A stretch of DNA of 64,000 bases from Leptospirales bacterium (GTDB taxonomy: Bacteria; Spirochaetota; Leptospiria; Turneriellales; JAOUFE01): contig JBEQLE010000004.1 in the NCBI GenBank assembly GCA_040326155.1, forward strand, positions 11,639 through 75,638, read 5' to 3'. The position numbers and the translations under genes were made by a program. How positions within the stretch are numbered: the stretch's first letter is position 1; each line of letters starts with the position of its first letter. Below the pieces are notes generated by a model, which was not told the DNA's origin, did not search any database, and saw nothing but the letters and a program-made list of their open reading frames with translations. Below are positions 1 to 10,606 of this stretch, one piece after another.

Positions 1-417
1 ACCCAGAGTCTACTCTCTTTGCTGCAAGATATGCGCCTGAAAAGGCAACATATGATGCTTACGGCAAATGAATTTGGAGAGATTACCGGGTTAATTACGA
101 TGGAAGATATTCTCGAAGAAATTGTAGGCGAAATTAAAGATGAATACGACAGTCTGGCGCTGCCAATTAAAGAAGTTGGTCACCACCTGTTTAACGTTGA
201 TGGTTCTATTAACTTGACCGACTTAAACAAAGAACTGATGCTGAATCTGCCCGAAGAAAAATTTAACACTCTGGCCGGGTTCTTGTTGCATGAACTAAAA
301 GGGAAAATTTCCGATCAAAAAGAAGTTGTGTATGGCAACGTGACCTTGAAAATTGTCGAGTTCGAAGCCAGACAGATTAAAAAAGTTCAAATATTTATAC
401 CGCCTTCTAAAATTTAA
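1..417 (+). CDS. HlyC/CorC family CBS + transporter-associated domain protein (5'-truncated by window)
   Basis: Frame open from position 1; CBS motif NEFGEITGLITMEDILEEIVGEIKDEYD followed by a CorC_HlyC domain (VDGS..L.DLN..L...LPEE.FNTLAGFL). Confidence 0.9.
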   Translation, partial: TQSLLSLLQDMRLKRQHMMLTANEFGEITGLITMEDILEEIVGEIKDEYDSLALPIKEVGHHLFNVDGSINLTDLNKELMLNLPEEKFNTLAGFLLHELKGKISDQKEVVYGNVTLKIVEFEARQIKKVQIFIPPSKI

Positions 418-430
418 TCCTGGTTTTAAA

Positions 431-1102
431 ATGCAAAATATTCTCTATTTTCGTAAAGAGATTTCAGGTGCAACCTTACTTGTCGGGGGCCTGGGTGAAG
501 ACGGAAATTTAAGAAAATATAAATTCCCAGGTATCTTAAAATCTAAAAAAAGAAGTTCCTTATTTCTTGTCCCCGGTACTATCTGGGACTTTACCGTAAC
601 AGGAAATTTGCAAGAGTTTATAATACCAAAAGAATTTAATCTTCAACTCGCCCCGTTTGACGCTGAAGCTGCTTACCAGGAATTACTACCCCTGGGCTTT
701 TTAATGAAACCCCTGGCCAGCCTGAAAGCTTCCCATCTGAACCAACCTCTTTTTATGGAGCTCCGTAAAATTCTATCGAAATGGCAGGGTCTGAATGAGT
801 TTAAAAAAGATTATGTTCTAAATCGGTTTTACCTGCGTTTTCTGGATATTATGGGGCTACTGCACTACTCTGAGAATTGCGTTGATTGCAACAATACGGT
901 TCACCGGCAAACTCCCTATCTTTTAAACGAAGGAAGCTTATGCCAACTATGTATAAAAAAAGTTTCCACTTACCGTGAACTTACTCTGCCGGGCGAATGG
1001 GTAAATACCTATTACCGTTCTTACCAGGATAATTATAAAAAAGACACCGAGTCCAAACTCTACCGCGAAAATATACTGAAATTTGTAAACCTGAACATTT
1101 AA
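431..1102 (+). CDS. recO: Probable DNA repair protein RecO (divergent)
   Basis: ATG at 431 just after the corC stop; about 223 aa; GILKSKKRS motif, helical middle, C-terminal CVDC...CQLC zinc finger; corC-recO adjacency is common. Confidence 0.6.
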   Translation: MQNILYFRKEISGATLLVGGLGEDGNLRKYKFPGILKSKKRSSLFLVPGTIWDFTVTGNLQEFIIPKEFNLQLAPFDAEAAYQELLPLGFLMKPLASLKASHLNQPLFMELRKILSKWQGLNEFKKDYVLNRFYLRFLDIMGLLHYSENCVDCNNTVHRQTPYLLNEGSLCQLCIKKVSTYRELTLPGEWVNTYYRSYQDNYKKDTESKLYRENILKFVNLNI

Positions 1103-1117
1103 ACTGCCCCAGAGCGT

Positions 1118-3451
1118 TTACATGGAGTACCGGAGACCAAAAAGAAGTTCGATACCCGGTTGAGGATGATAAGGCGGAATAAATCCATTCGGGTTTTGTA
1201 TGGATGATTGTTGTGAATTCACCGGTCTAACCCCGTCAGCGCTTTGCCGGCCCATGGTCGCATACTTCGTGTTAAATAAATTCTTAATAACAATTTGCGG
1301 CTCTATCTGTGTATTCTTAAAAATATTTTTACCTGTCAACGTCAAATTAAACACAAAAAATTCTTCCAGATACCCATCCGGGTTTTTTTCCGTCACATAA
1401 TTATAACCTACGTCTGAAATAGTCTGGGCTGTTTTCGGGTAATAATATAACGCCGTCCTGGGAGCTTTGGTCTGTCCATACCATATGCCGGTAAAATTAA
1501 TATTCAATTTTTCGAAGAAAAAATAATTCACTCCCATAAAAACCTTATGAGACGGCATGCCATAGATTTCATATGCAAGATCTTTTCCTATTGTATAGGT
1601 ATAATGGCCAAACAGCCTGAAATTCTTGAAAATTTCAAAATCGACGCCTGCACTTACTCCCGAATAATTTGTTTTACCTGTGTTCTGGTATATATTTGTT
1701 TTTGCGGATGATACATTTGGGTTCGGCACAACTGTAATTAGATTTTCCAATCTACTATGAAATATATTTACTTTAAAAAGCATAGTCTGGGTTATATAAA
1801 AATTCACCTCTGTTTCAGCAGTGCGAATTTTTTCCGGTTCCAGACGGGTATTTCCTCTCCACTCATCGTATAACTCAAATGCGCTGGGCGCTTTGAACGC
1901 TTCTCCATATAAAAATTTCATACCGATCATTTTATTTGGGACGGCCACAAAAGAAGCCCGAGGGTTAATCGAATAACCATAATCGGTGTTATAGTCGAAT
2001 CTTCCGCCACCGGTTAAGATATAATTTTCCGAAAACTTGTGTTCATCCTGAAGAAAAACACCTGCTTCGTATGAATAGTAGACCGGTGTTACACTTTGCT
2101 TTTCGTCCGAATATGTAGAAGAAACGATCGATGAGTCCGTACTCTGGCCCTGACCAAGCCCTATTCCGTAATATTGTTGCACGTTTCGTTCCAGCAGAAA
2201 ACCGGTAATCAGCTCATTATCTTCAGAAATTGCTATGTCGAACTGCTGTTCAAGCCCAATAGAAGAACCTTCGCCATGATAGTTTTTCTTCTTGTTTTTG
2301 GTACGGTTGGTCCCATCATCAACACTTTGGTATTTATATGTATAAACAAACCGTGTTCCGGGTAAAATAGCAGAACCTCTGTAGATTAGTCTGGTTTTTG
2401 AGGAAAATTCGCTTGTAAAATCAAGAGTCTGCTGGGTGTATATAGTATATCCCATATGCTGTGCTCGAAAAGGTATATTCGGGGATGCCGCAAAATATTC
2501 ATACCCAACGACCTCGCTACCGAGTCCTTCTTCTCTGAGCCACCAGTTCCAACCGACCTCAAAATTATCTGCTACATATTTACCTCTAATATAATAATCG
2601 TTCAAACCGGTATCAAAACCATTTGGCAGGCGTATGGCAGAACCATCCGGGTTTTGATTCACCATGTCACCATACTCTGTTGTTGTTACCGTCTCCGGTT
2701 CATAATTCTTATGGAAATAATTACCTGGGTCGTAGCGACCAAGACCTCTGTCCCCCTCACTGTAATACCAGCGCCCGGTCAGCCATAAGGCATTATTACT
2801 GCCCCACGTATAACCGATTAGAATTTCGGGAGAAAATGTATTATAAAGCCCATAGTAAATTGCGGTGTCTAAAACGAGACCATTCTCTCTGCCTGAAAAA
2901 ATAGAAGACGATGAGCGGGTTATAATATTAACAATGCCTGCATACGCGTCCGCTCCATATAACGTAGAGCCCGGTCCGCTAATAATTTCTACTCTTGCAA
3001 CATCTAAAAAGGCAAAGTTATAACCAAGGTTTTGCGCCCAGTGACTGGAAATTTCATTTTGTTCGATACCATCAACAAGAATAAGAAGTTTGGTTTGACC
3101 GACATCGCCCATTCCCCTGACCATAATATGCGTAGGGTACTCACCGGAAGGTTGCCCGCTGGCGACATGAAACCCAGGAAGATCGTTCAACAATTCCGAT
3201 AAATTTCGATATCCTCTGTTTTTAATTTTTTCGCGATCGACGACAATAATATTTGCTGGAGCCAACATAATTTGTTGAGGCTTTTTGGAGGCTGATACAA
3301 CTTTAACTTTAAGCAGGTCTTCAATACTGGGGTTTTCATTCAGAAGTTTTTCCAACTCCTCGTCTTGAGAATTTTGAGCTGCAAGATTCTGAACACAAAG
3401 TAACATAATAAATAATATAGCTATCTTATTAACCAATCTCATAATTTTCAT
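1118..3451 (-). CDS. TonB-dependent outer membrane receptor
   Basis: Signal peptide, SIEDLLKVKVVSASKK start of plug, RVEIISGPGSTLYGADAYAGIVNIIT plug motif, LEPEK barrel motif, C-terminal beta strand FGLRYSM. Confidence 0.93.
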   Translation of the reverse strand: MKIMRLVNKIAILFIMLLCVQNLAAQNSQDEELEKLLNENPSIEDLLKVKVVSASKKPQQIMLAPANIIVVDREKIKNRGYRNLSELLNDLPGFHVASGQPSGEYPTHIMVRGMGDVGQTKLLILVDGIEQNEISSHWAQNLGYNFAFLDVARVEIISGPGSTLYGADAYAGIVNIITRSSSSIFSGRENGLVLDTAIYYGLYNTFSPEILIGYTWGSNNALWLTGRWYYSEGDRGLGRYDPGNYFHKNYEPETVTTTEYGDMVNQNPDGSAIRLPNGFDTGLNDYYIRGKYVADNFEVGWNWWLREEGLGSEVVGYEYFAASPNIPFRAQHMGYTIYTQQTLDFTSEFSSKTRLIYRGSAILPGTRFVYTYKYQSVDDGTNRTKNKKKNYHGEGSSIGLEQQFDIAISEDNELITGFLLERNVQQYYGIGLGQGQSTDSSIVSSTYSDEKQSVTPVYYSYEAGVFLQDEHKFSENYILTGGGRFDYNTDYGYSINPRASFVAVPNKMIGMKFLYGEAFKAPSAFELYDEWRGNTRLEPEKIRTAETEVNFYITQTMLFKVNIFHSRLENLITVVPNPNVSSAKTNIYQNTGKTNYSGVSAGVDFEIFKNFRLFGHYTYTIGKDLAYEIYGMPSHKVFMGVNYFFFEKLNINFTGIWYGQTKAPRTALYYYPKTAQTISDVGYNYVTEKNPDGYLEEFFVFNLTLTGKNIFKNTQIEPQIVIKNLFNTKYATMGRQSADGVRPVNSQQSSIQNPNGFIPPYHPQPGIELLFGLRYSM

Positions 3452-3987
3452 TCTCCATAAACCTCTACAGCAAGTCTCAATAAACGCGAACTGATATATA
3501 AATTATTCTTCTTAAAAGACTCTAAATTAATTTCAAACCCGATTTTATTACCTACCAGTACAAAGTTAATGGCAGATCCTTTTTTTGCCATACCGTTTTT
3601 TTCCGTAATTACAACAATATGCTTATTTTCTAATGCGTTTAAAATTGTCGGCAGCATGTCCGAATGTTCTTTCGGAATAAAAAGTATATGTACTGCGCTG
3701 AGTTTTTCCACTTTTTCAACGGTATTTACAACGAGTTTTTGCCCTGGCTCCGATTTCTCACTTGCAATAATCTGCAATGGTTTGGTAATTTCACTATGGC
3801 CCCAGACTGCAATTACCAGTGGGTCCACCTGTACGCTACTCGGCCATTCGATAAATTTAGTAAATTGGTAAATAAAATAGGCTTTTACATTTGTTTCTTC
3901 TAAAGAGAAAATAGCTTTAGGCGGTAACAGTAAAGAGACAAAAGTGATTCCAACGAATAAGCTGATTTTAAATATTTGTTTCGACAT
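3448..3987 (-). CDS. YfiR/HmsC (DUF4154) family periplasmic protein
   Basis: VKAYFIYQFTKFIEWP, HILFI, INFV...KIGFEINL...ISSRLLRLA motifs; ATG at 3987 gives a signal peptide; overlaps the receptor start by 4 nt. Confidence 0.9.
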   Translation of the reverse strand: MSKQIFKISLFVGITFVSLLLPPKAIFSLEETNVKAYFIYQFTKFIEWPSSVQVDPLVIAVWGHSEITKPLQIIASEKSEPGQKLVVNTVEKVEKLSAVHILFIPKEHSDMLPTILNALENKHIVVITEKNGMAKKGSAINFVLVGNKIGFEINLESFKKNNLYISSRLLRLAVEVYGE

Positions 3988-4085
3988 CTTTTCTTTTTTT
4001 CTTATAATATTGTTGCGAACGAGCAAGCGAACAAATAATTATTCATTTCTTTCTCATTCGGTCAACGTTAATTTGACTTTACTGT

Positions 4086-6404
4086 ATGAGTATCGAACCA
4101 AATGATATGAACGTGCTATTGGACAAATATCAAAAATGGATGAACAATAAATCGCTCCGCGTGAAATATACTCTGGGTCTTGTAGCTACTTCCGTTCTGG
4201 TATTGTTGATATCAGGGATAAGTTTTCTAGTCCTTTTTTTTATAACTTCAAAAAATGTCTATCTATCTACAACAAATTCAAGTGCTCACTCCTTAATCTC
4301 GAATATCGCTCCCGCAGTTATGTTTAACGACAAACAAGCTGCGGAAGAAACCCTGCAATCGGCAATAGAGCATCACCCCTTTATTCGCGGGGGTTGCGTA
4401 ATAATATCGTCAGGCAACTCGCAAGAAGAAGTCTTTGCAGCATACTTTAAAATCGGAAAGAATAAACTCTCTTGTGAAAATACAGACCTGAATTCCGGGA
4501 ATAATAGTTCATATACTATTATTCGGTCTAAACTTGATACCAGAGACGATATTGGCGACCTGATTATCTTTGCGGATTTTTCGCAATTAAGAGATACCCT
4601 GTGGCTTTATATAGGCATATCCCTGATTATTTTTGGAATTTCTATTATTATATCGATAGCGCTGGCGAAATATATGAAAAAAATATTTCTAAACCCTATT
4701 CAGGACTTAATTAAGTTTGTACGGCGCGTGATCACTAATAATGAATATTCAGAAAAAATAATAAAAATTAATGATGATGAAATCGGAGTGCTGACCGATG
4801 AGTTCAACCATATGATGAAGATGATTCATCAAAGAGAAAAAACTCTGCAAAAATACCAGAATGAACTGGAAAACAAAGTAATAGAAAGAACCAAAGAGCT
4901 GCAAACTTCGAAAGAAAATGCAGAGAAAGCAAATGCCTTCAAATCTGACTTTTTGGCAAATATGAGTCATGAAATTCGAACACCTATGAATGCAATTCTG
5001 GGTTTTACCCAGATTCTTTCTAAGAAAGATCAAAACATTGAAGATCAACATTATCTAGAAACCATTTTGAAAAATGGAAAAACCCTGCTCGCTTTAATTA
5101 ATGAGATTCTCGATCTTTCTAAAGTGGAAGCCGGGAAAATGAAAATAGAATATGAGCCGGGTTCTCTTATTGGCATTTTGTATGATATGAGCAGCACCTT
5201 TGATACGAAAATTACCGAAGGTATTCAAATGATAATTGAAGCGGATGATAATGTTCCTGAATATATATGGCTTGATGACACCCGCATTCGTCAAATTTTA
5301 ATCAATTTAATTGGCAATGCTTTTAAATTCACGGAAAAAGGACATGTGAAAGTTCGTGCCCAACTAGAAAGAAACAACGTAGATGAAACCGTAGATCTGT
5401 CCATTTCAGTTGAGGACACCGGTATCGGAATTCCGAAAAATATGCTGGAAACGATTTTTGAGTCCTTTACGCAAAAAGAGGGCCAGGACATTAATAAATA
5501 CGGCGGTACCGGACTCGGCCTGGCAATTACCAGGCAACTCATTCAATTAATGAATGGGGAAATCTCATTAACCAGTAAAGTGAACCATGGCAGCGTTTTT
5601 ACTGTGCTCTTGCGAAATGTGAAAATTGCCTCTACGAAAGACATTGTGCCGGAAACCCCGGATACACTTGCGCTCGATATTTACCAATGGAATGGCGAGA
5701 AAATTCTGGTGGTGGATGATATTGAAGCTAACCGAAGCATTATTCAGGCTTATTTTGCACATACAGATGTAGAGGTTTTGTTAGCCGAAAATGGAAAAGA
5801 AGCCATTGACATTGCTCTAGAAAAACAACCTAATTTTATTTTTATGGATATTAAAATGCCTGTTATGGATGGAAGAAGGGCTATTGAAATTTTATCAGAA
5901 AACCCTCAGACAGCAGATATTCCTATTGTAGTAATTACCGCTAGTTTAATGGACTCAGAGGTGGATGCGGTTCGAGAAAGCTGCGTTGAGGTATTAAGAA
6001 AACCTGTTGAACTAGACGCCGTAAAAGATATATTAGTTCAACATTTGAATATTAAACCAAAGCCATTAGAAGAAAATGAGAAAACATCTGACGTTGATAA
6101 AACGAGGAAATCGTCACCGGCGAAGAAAATCGACGGGCGCGAACTTCATCAATACCTGCTCCATGAAATTTCTCCTTTGATTCAGGAAATTCAAAATGAT
6201 TACGATCTGGTACAGTTGAAACAAATAATTACAAATCTGGATAATGAAGTTCATGTTGATAATAAAATTTTCAACTCCTGGTTAAGCGACATACGGCAGG
6301 CTATGCACTCTTTTGACAATGATCGAATCGACAAATGTCTTCATTCCTACTTCGAAATCTTAGAGACGTTGTCCGGCTCGAAGTCGGAACCATCAAACCA
6401 ATAG
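4086..6404 (+). CDS. Hybrid sensor histidine kinase (2 TM, CHASE8-like periplasmic domain, HAMP, HisKA, HATPase, REC)
   Basis: PAVMFNDKQAAEETL (CHASE8/YfiN-like), DEIGVL HAMP, FLANMSHEIRTPMN H-box, GGTGLGL G-box, ILVVDD...MDIKMP receiver. Confidence 0.95.
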   Translation: MSIEPNDMNVLLDKYQKWMNNKSLRVKYTLGLVATSVLVLLISGISFLVLFFITSKNVYLSTTNSSAHSLISNIAPAVMFNDKQAAEETLQSAIEHHPFIRGGCVIISSGNSQEEVFAAYFKIGKNKLSCENTDLNSGNNSSYTIIRSKLDTRDDIGDLIIFADFSQLRDTLWLYIGISLIIFGISIIISIALAKYMKKIFLNPIQDLIKFVRRVITNNEYSEKIIKINDDEIGVLTDEFNHMMKMIHQREKTLQKYQNELENKVIERTKELQTSKENAEKANAFKSDFLANMSHEIRTPMNAILGFTQILSKKDQNIEDQHYLETILKNGKTLLALINEILDLSKVEAGKMKIEYEPGSLIGILYDMSSTFDTKITEGIQMIIEADDNVPEYIWLDDTRIRQILINLIGNAFKFTEKGHVKVRAQLERNNVDETVDLSISVEDTGIGIPKNMLETIFESFTQKEGQDINKYGGTGLGLAITRQLIQLMNGEISLTSKVNHGSVFTVLLRNVKIASTKDIVPETPDTLALDIYQWNGEKILVVDDIEANRSIIQAYFAHTDVEVLLAENGKEAIDIALEKQPNFIFMDIKMPVMDGRRAIEILSENPQTADIPIVVITASLMDSEVDAVRESCVEVLRKPVELDAVKDILVQHLNIKPKPLEENEKTSDVDKTRKSSPAKKIDGRELHQYLLHEISPLIQEIQNDYDLVQLKQIITNLDNEVHVDNKIFNSWLSDIRQAMHSFDNDRIDKCLHSYFEILETLSGSKSEPSNQ

Positions 6405-6447
6405 AAACTCTTTACATAGTATCTAATTTCACTTTTGTGTACAGGTT

Positions 6448-7635
6448 ATGAGCTCTTCTAAGAAGAAACCTATGATTTTAATTGTCGATGATACTTCGGC
6501 AAATATTGAAGTGTTAATGGGTATTCTTGGCGGGGGTGAATATAAAATATCCGCAGCGGTGAATGGAAAAGAGGGCATTGAAATGGCCGAAAAACTTCTT
6601 CCCGATCTAATTTTGCTTGATGTTATGATGCCCGTGATGGATGGTTATACGGCGTGTCGTCATCTGAAAAACAGTATAAATACAAAACATATTCCAGTCA
6701 TATTTTTAACCGCTAAAATTCAACCGGAAGATATAACGAAAGGGTTCGAAGCGGGAGCGGTCGACTATATCGTTAAACCGTTTAATGAATCTGAATTGCT
6801 GGCGCGAATTGAAAATCATCTGGAACTAAAGCAAAACAGAGAAGAGCTTAAAGAGGAACGTAACGAGCTAAGAATAATAAATAAAACTATTGAAGAAGAT
6901 TTGAACATGGCAAGAAGTATTCAGGAGATGGCGATGCCTTCGCAGCCTCCCAATGCATCTATCGCATTTCACTACGCTTCCATGGCCCAGGTGGGTGGAG
7001 ATTTTTACACTTTTTTTGAATTGTCGGATGGAAAACTGGGGTTGTTTATCAGTGATGTCTCAGGACATGGAATCGCCGCAGCTTTTATTACTTTGCTGAT
7101 TAAAAACACATTGCAGCATAATCAAAACCATCTTGATGATCCGGAAACATTAATGGGTGCCTTGAATGAAAACTTATACGGTCAAACTGCCGGTAATTTT
7201 TTTACGGCAATTTATGCCATTATAGACTTTAAAAACAGTGAAATAGAATATGTTACTGCCGGGCACAACCAACCCTATATTATTGGAGAAGAAATTGAAG
7301 AGTTAGGTTGCGATCATAAAAGCCTTCCTATGGGAATTGTAAATAATACATATTTAAAAAAGATAAACAAATATTATAAATCTCAAAAATCCTTTCTGAC
7401 AAAAGGGTCTCGACTTTTATTTTATACGGATGGTTTAACAGAAGCCATTCGTCTCAGTGAAAAAGATAACCCGGACGCTCTGGACTTTGAATCTTCAAAT
7501 TTATTAGATACGCTACTTCAAAATCGAAACGAAAGTGCTGAAAAAATTGTTCACAATGTTATGGAAGATTTAAAACAATTTCGAGAGACTGACCATTTTG
7601 ATGATGATGTCTGTATTATCTGCGCAGAGATGTAG
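6448..7635 (+). CDS. Response regulator with SpoIIE/PP2C phosphatase output (RsbU-like)
   Basis: ILIVDD/LLDVMMP receiver; VGGDFY, ISDVSGHG, AGHN, YTDGLTE, DDVC PP2C motifs. Confidence 0.95.
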   Translation: MSSSKKKPMILIVDDTSANIEVLMGILGGGEYKISAAVNGKEGIEMAEKLLPDLILLDVMMPVMDGYTACRHLKNSINTKHIPVIFLTAKIQPEDITKGFEAGAVDYIVKPFNESELLARIENHLELKQNREELKEERNELRIINKTIEEDLNMARSIQEMAMPSQPPNASIAFHYASMAQVGGDFYTFFELSDGKLGLFISDVSGHGIAAAFITLLIKNTLQHNQNHLDDPETLMGALNENLYGQTAGNFFTAIYAIIDFKNSEIEYVTAGHNQPYIIGEEIEELGCDHKSLPMGIVNNTYLKKINKYYKSQKSFLTKGSRLLFYTDGLTEAIRLSEKDNPDALDFESSNLLDTLLQNRNESAEKIVHNVMEDLKQFRETDHFDDDVCIICAEM

Positions 7636-7697
7636 AACTTATATCTTTTTCTATCCTTTTTCTATATACAGGGCAATTCGATTTCAGATGATCTTCC

Positions 7698-8792
7698 ATG
7701 CAGACTGAACCCGACGATTTTACCGATACAAGTGAATATTTTTTTCGCCTTACGCCCGATGTTGTTATGGACGCCGTTGAAGAGGCGGGACTCTACCCTT
7801 CGGGACATTGCCGGGCTTTGAACTCTCTGGAAAACAGAGTTTTCGATATCGGACTCGATGACGGTTCTCATATTGTCGCCAAGTTTTATCGCCCCGGACG
7901 CTGGAACGATAAACAAATTCTCGAAGAGCATAAGTTCTTGGTGGACCTTCGAGATGATGAGGTTCCGGTGTTGTTTCCGCTACCCTTTCCTAATGGCTCT
8001 ACTATTTCACAACGAAAGGGAATTTATTATGCCATATGGCCTTTTTCAGGCGGGCGTGAGCCAGCCGAATTTTCTGACACCGAACTCGAAATTGTAGGAC
8101 GCCTGATTGCCCGCATTCACAATACCGGCGCCGGTTCTGCAGCTCCGGAACGCCCTGCGTTATCTTCTAAACGTATGGGTTTAGAACCCTACAATTTTTT
8201 AGTCGAAAACCGATTTATACCGCCCGAACTTACGAACCGCTATGAATACGCTGTAAAAAAAACAGTAGAAGTCTACGACAAACTTTCTGAAGATATTCCA
8301 ACCCACCGCATTCACGGCGATTGCCATCTTGGGAATCTACTGTTCGGTACTCACGGATGGTATTTTCTCGACTTCGATGATTTTAGTGAGGGGCCCGCAG
8401 TGCAAGACATCTGGCTGATTGTCTCTGAACGCGATGAAGATTCTGATCGTCGTCTTAACATATTCCTGGACGCTTATCGCACTTTTCGAGATTTTGACGA
8501 TAGGTGGTTAATGCTGCTAGAACCCTTACGAACTCTACGGTATATTCATTATACATCATGGATAGCCAGACGGTGGAAAGATCCTTCTTTTCCTGCGGCA
8601 TTTCCCCATTTCGGCGATAACGAGTTTTGGATAAAAGAAGTAAATGACCTGGAACACCAACTGACCCTTTACGCGAAACCAGATGCAAGTCAAATTATTC
8701 TCGAAAATAACCCTTTGTCTAATTCCACGGATGATGCTCCGAAAGAAGAAGAACCGCTAACAAATAAAGATTTCTTCTGGGATATGGAATAA
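7698..8792 (+). CDS. srkA: Stress response Ser/Thr kinase SrkA (RdoA/YihE)
   Basis: ALNSLENRV, KFYRPGRW, RIHGDCHLGN, DFDD, GPAVQDIW, WIARRWKDPSFPAAFP. Confidence 0.92.
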   Translation: MQTEPDDFTDTSEYFFRLTPDVVMDAVEEAGLYPSGHCRALNSLENRVFDIGLDDGSHIVAKFYRPGRWNDKQILEEHKFLVDLRDDEVPVLFPLPFPNGSTISQRKGIYYAIWPFSGGREPAEFSDTELEIVGRLIARIHNTGAGSAAPERPALSSKRMGLEPYNFLVENRFIPPELTNRYEYAVKKTVEVYDKLSEDIPTHRIHGDCHLGNLLFGTHGWYFLDFDDFSEGPAVQDIWLIVSERDEDSDRRLNIFLDAYRTFRDFDDRWLMLLEPLRTLRYIHYTSWIARRWKDPSFPAAFPHFGDNEFWIKEVNDLEHQLTLYAKPDASQIILENNPLSNSTDDAPKEEEPLTNKDFFWDME

Positions 8793-8804
8793 GTTTCGTT
8801 AAAT

Positions 8805-9551
8805 TCAACGAATGTAATTTTCATAATAGTCAACCGCAATATCGGAGTAGTTGTATTGCTCTGAAAAACCCATGGCGCCATTCGGGAAAAAACGTTTGTT
8901 ACGAAACGCCAGTATCGTTTTAAAGTCTGCTTGAAAACCAGCATTGTATGCAGCGGCAAAGAACGCTATTTTCTTTACTGTATTGAACGACGCCAGTTTA
9001 TTCGAAAATTTGTCTTGAACAATATGATAAAAACAAGCCAGATAATACGTCTGCCAGGATGGATTTTCTAAGCGACGAACTCTTTGGCGACGAATCGATT
9101 TTTGCAAGTTCTTTTCAGATTTTGAATACTGTCTTAAAGTTGTGCACTCTTTACGCGGGTGCTTTATAAAATAGCTCTCGATATTTTCTGCAAAGGAGGG
9201 TTTCATTTGAAAATAACCTATGGAAAAATCGGCATAGTCCTCACCATAATTTACATAGAAAATTTTCAGCCCAGTCGTTTCCATTTCATCTTGTATTAAA
9301 GAGTATCGAATAAGCTCAGGAAAAATAACCGGTACTAAGATATCGGGGTCGGCACCATAACCTTTAAGCTGTTGAGCTACTTGAGGTCCATTCTCTTCAA
9401 TAAAAAGTAACGCCGTTTGATAATCCGATCCGAATATTTCTTTATACACGGATTTTGCAAAAAGGCTGCCTGATATAATGCAAAAAACAGCGGCGGTAAA
9501 TAACCATTTTGTAAAATAAATTCGTTTAAACGTCATTATATCTAATCTCAT
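8805..9551 (-). CDS. Secreted hypothetical protein, possible lysozyme-fold/lytic transglycosylase
   Basis: Signal peptide; FPE..., SIGYFQMK and AAYNAG resemble SLT motifs I-III. Confidence 0.55.
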   Translation of the reverse strand: MRLDIMTFKRIYFTKWLFTAAVFCIISGSLFAKSVYKEIFGSDYQTALLFIEENGPQVAQQLKGYGADPDILVPVIFPELIRYSLIQDEMETTGLKIFYVNYGEDYADFSIGYFQMKPSFAENIESYFIKHPRKECTTLRQYSKSEKNLQKSIRRQRVRRLENPSWQTYYLACFYHIVQDKFSNKLASFNTVKKIAFFAAAYNAGFQADFKTILAFRNKRFFPNGAMGFSEQYNYSDIAVDYYENYIR

Positions 9552-9673
9552 ATACTATTACGCCCTTCCAGGGTAAGCCACGTAAAGGTTTTTTCAACTG
9601 GCGAACCACACGTAGATATTGAAAGCGACCATAAAAAACCACTTTTGACTTTATCTACTACGTCATTTAGACA

Positions 9674-10015
9674 ATGTGTCCCATGGTCTATATGACGTTT
9701 GCAGTTACCGGAGCCTGGATTGGGGCCAGCCTGGGAATCATCATACTATTCGTTTTCCCATTTCAAGGAACAGTAAAAGAAAACCTGTGGACCGCCTTAA
9801 TTATTTCACACTCCGCATTAGGTTTAATCTCAGTTTACCTGATCGGCGAATTGTTATTGTTAGTCACCGTTGGTCCAGTCTTACTTTTTATCGGTTTTGC
9901 AAATATTCGCTGGCTCCATTTTTGCCGAACATGCGGACAATCCTATTTTATGGTCGAGTTCCACAAAACATCGTCACAAAAGATTTGCCCGGCATGTAAT
10001 GGCATTATCGGATAA
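9674..10015 (+). CDS. Small membrane protein with C-terminal zinc ribbon
   Basis: Three hydrophobic segments then CRTC...CPAC. Confidence 0.6.
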   Translation: MCPMVYMTFAVTGAWIGASLGIIILFVFPFQGTVKENLWTALIISHSALGLISVYLIGELLLLVTVGPVLLFIGFANIRWLHFCRTCGQSYFMVEFHKTSSQKICPACNGIIG

Positions 10016-10083
10016 ACTCAATTTCGGTTTTATTCAAGATTTTTTTAAAAATACCGATAAGCAGGTATCGGGAGAATTTACTT

Positions 10084-10602
10084 ATGCACAAGTTTTTCAT
10101 TGCTTTTCTTTTTTTAACATCCGCCCATTTTCTATACCCTGAATGTCCTACGCACTATTCAGAAATGACAATGCAAGACCATATTAAACTGTTCCCGATT
10201 AACGAGCATGAGTGGTGGACCAAAGAACAAACTGTCAACGACGGTCGAGTCACACTTGCCATCTCGCCAGTTGACGCATTACCAGACGGAGCGGGAGTAT
10301 CTGCCCTGATAAAATTCTCGGGAAAGTTTCGCGTAATTACCCCCGACGCTTTTATCGCATTAGGTAGTTTCGGCGGCCCCAAGATGAAAGCATTATATTC
10401 ACACGAACTCAGAATTAGCGAACAAGGTTTTGACGGTTGGGTCGCGGTACAATACAATCTGGTGGATAAAATAAAAAAACAAATAAAAAAGGGAGAGAAC
10501 TTCTATGTCTGCATGGTTTTAATCGGTGTTATCAATGACCGACACTTTTATTTAATGAACAATTTTTCCACTGAAAATGACGAAAGCGAAACAAAACAGT
10601 AG
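10084..10602 (+). CDS. Secreted hypothetical protein
   Basis: GGAG RBS, signal peptide, 172 aa. Confidence 0.7.
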   Translation: MHKFFIAFLFLTSAHFLYPECPTHYSEMTMQDHIKLFPINEHEWWTKEQTVNDGRVTLAISPVDALPDGAGVSALIKFSGKFRVITPDAFIALGSFGGPKMKALYSHELRISEQGFDGWVAVQYNLVDKIKKQIKKGENFYVCMVLIGVINDRHFYLMNNFSTENDESETKQ

Positions 10603-10606
10603 ATTT

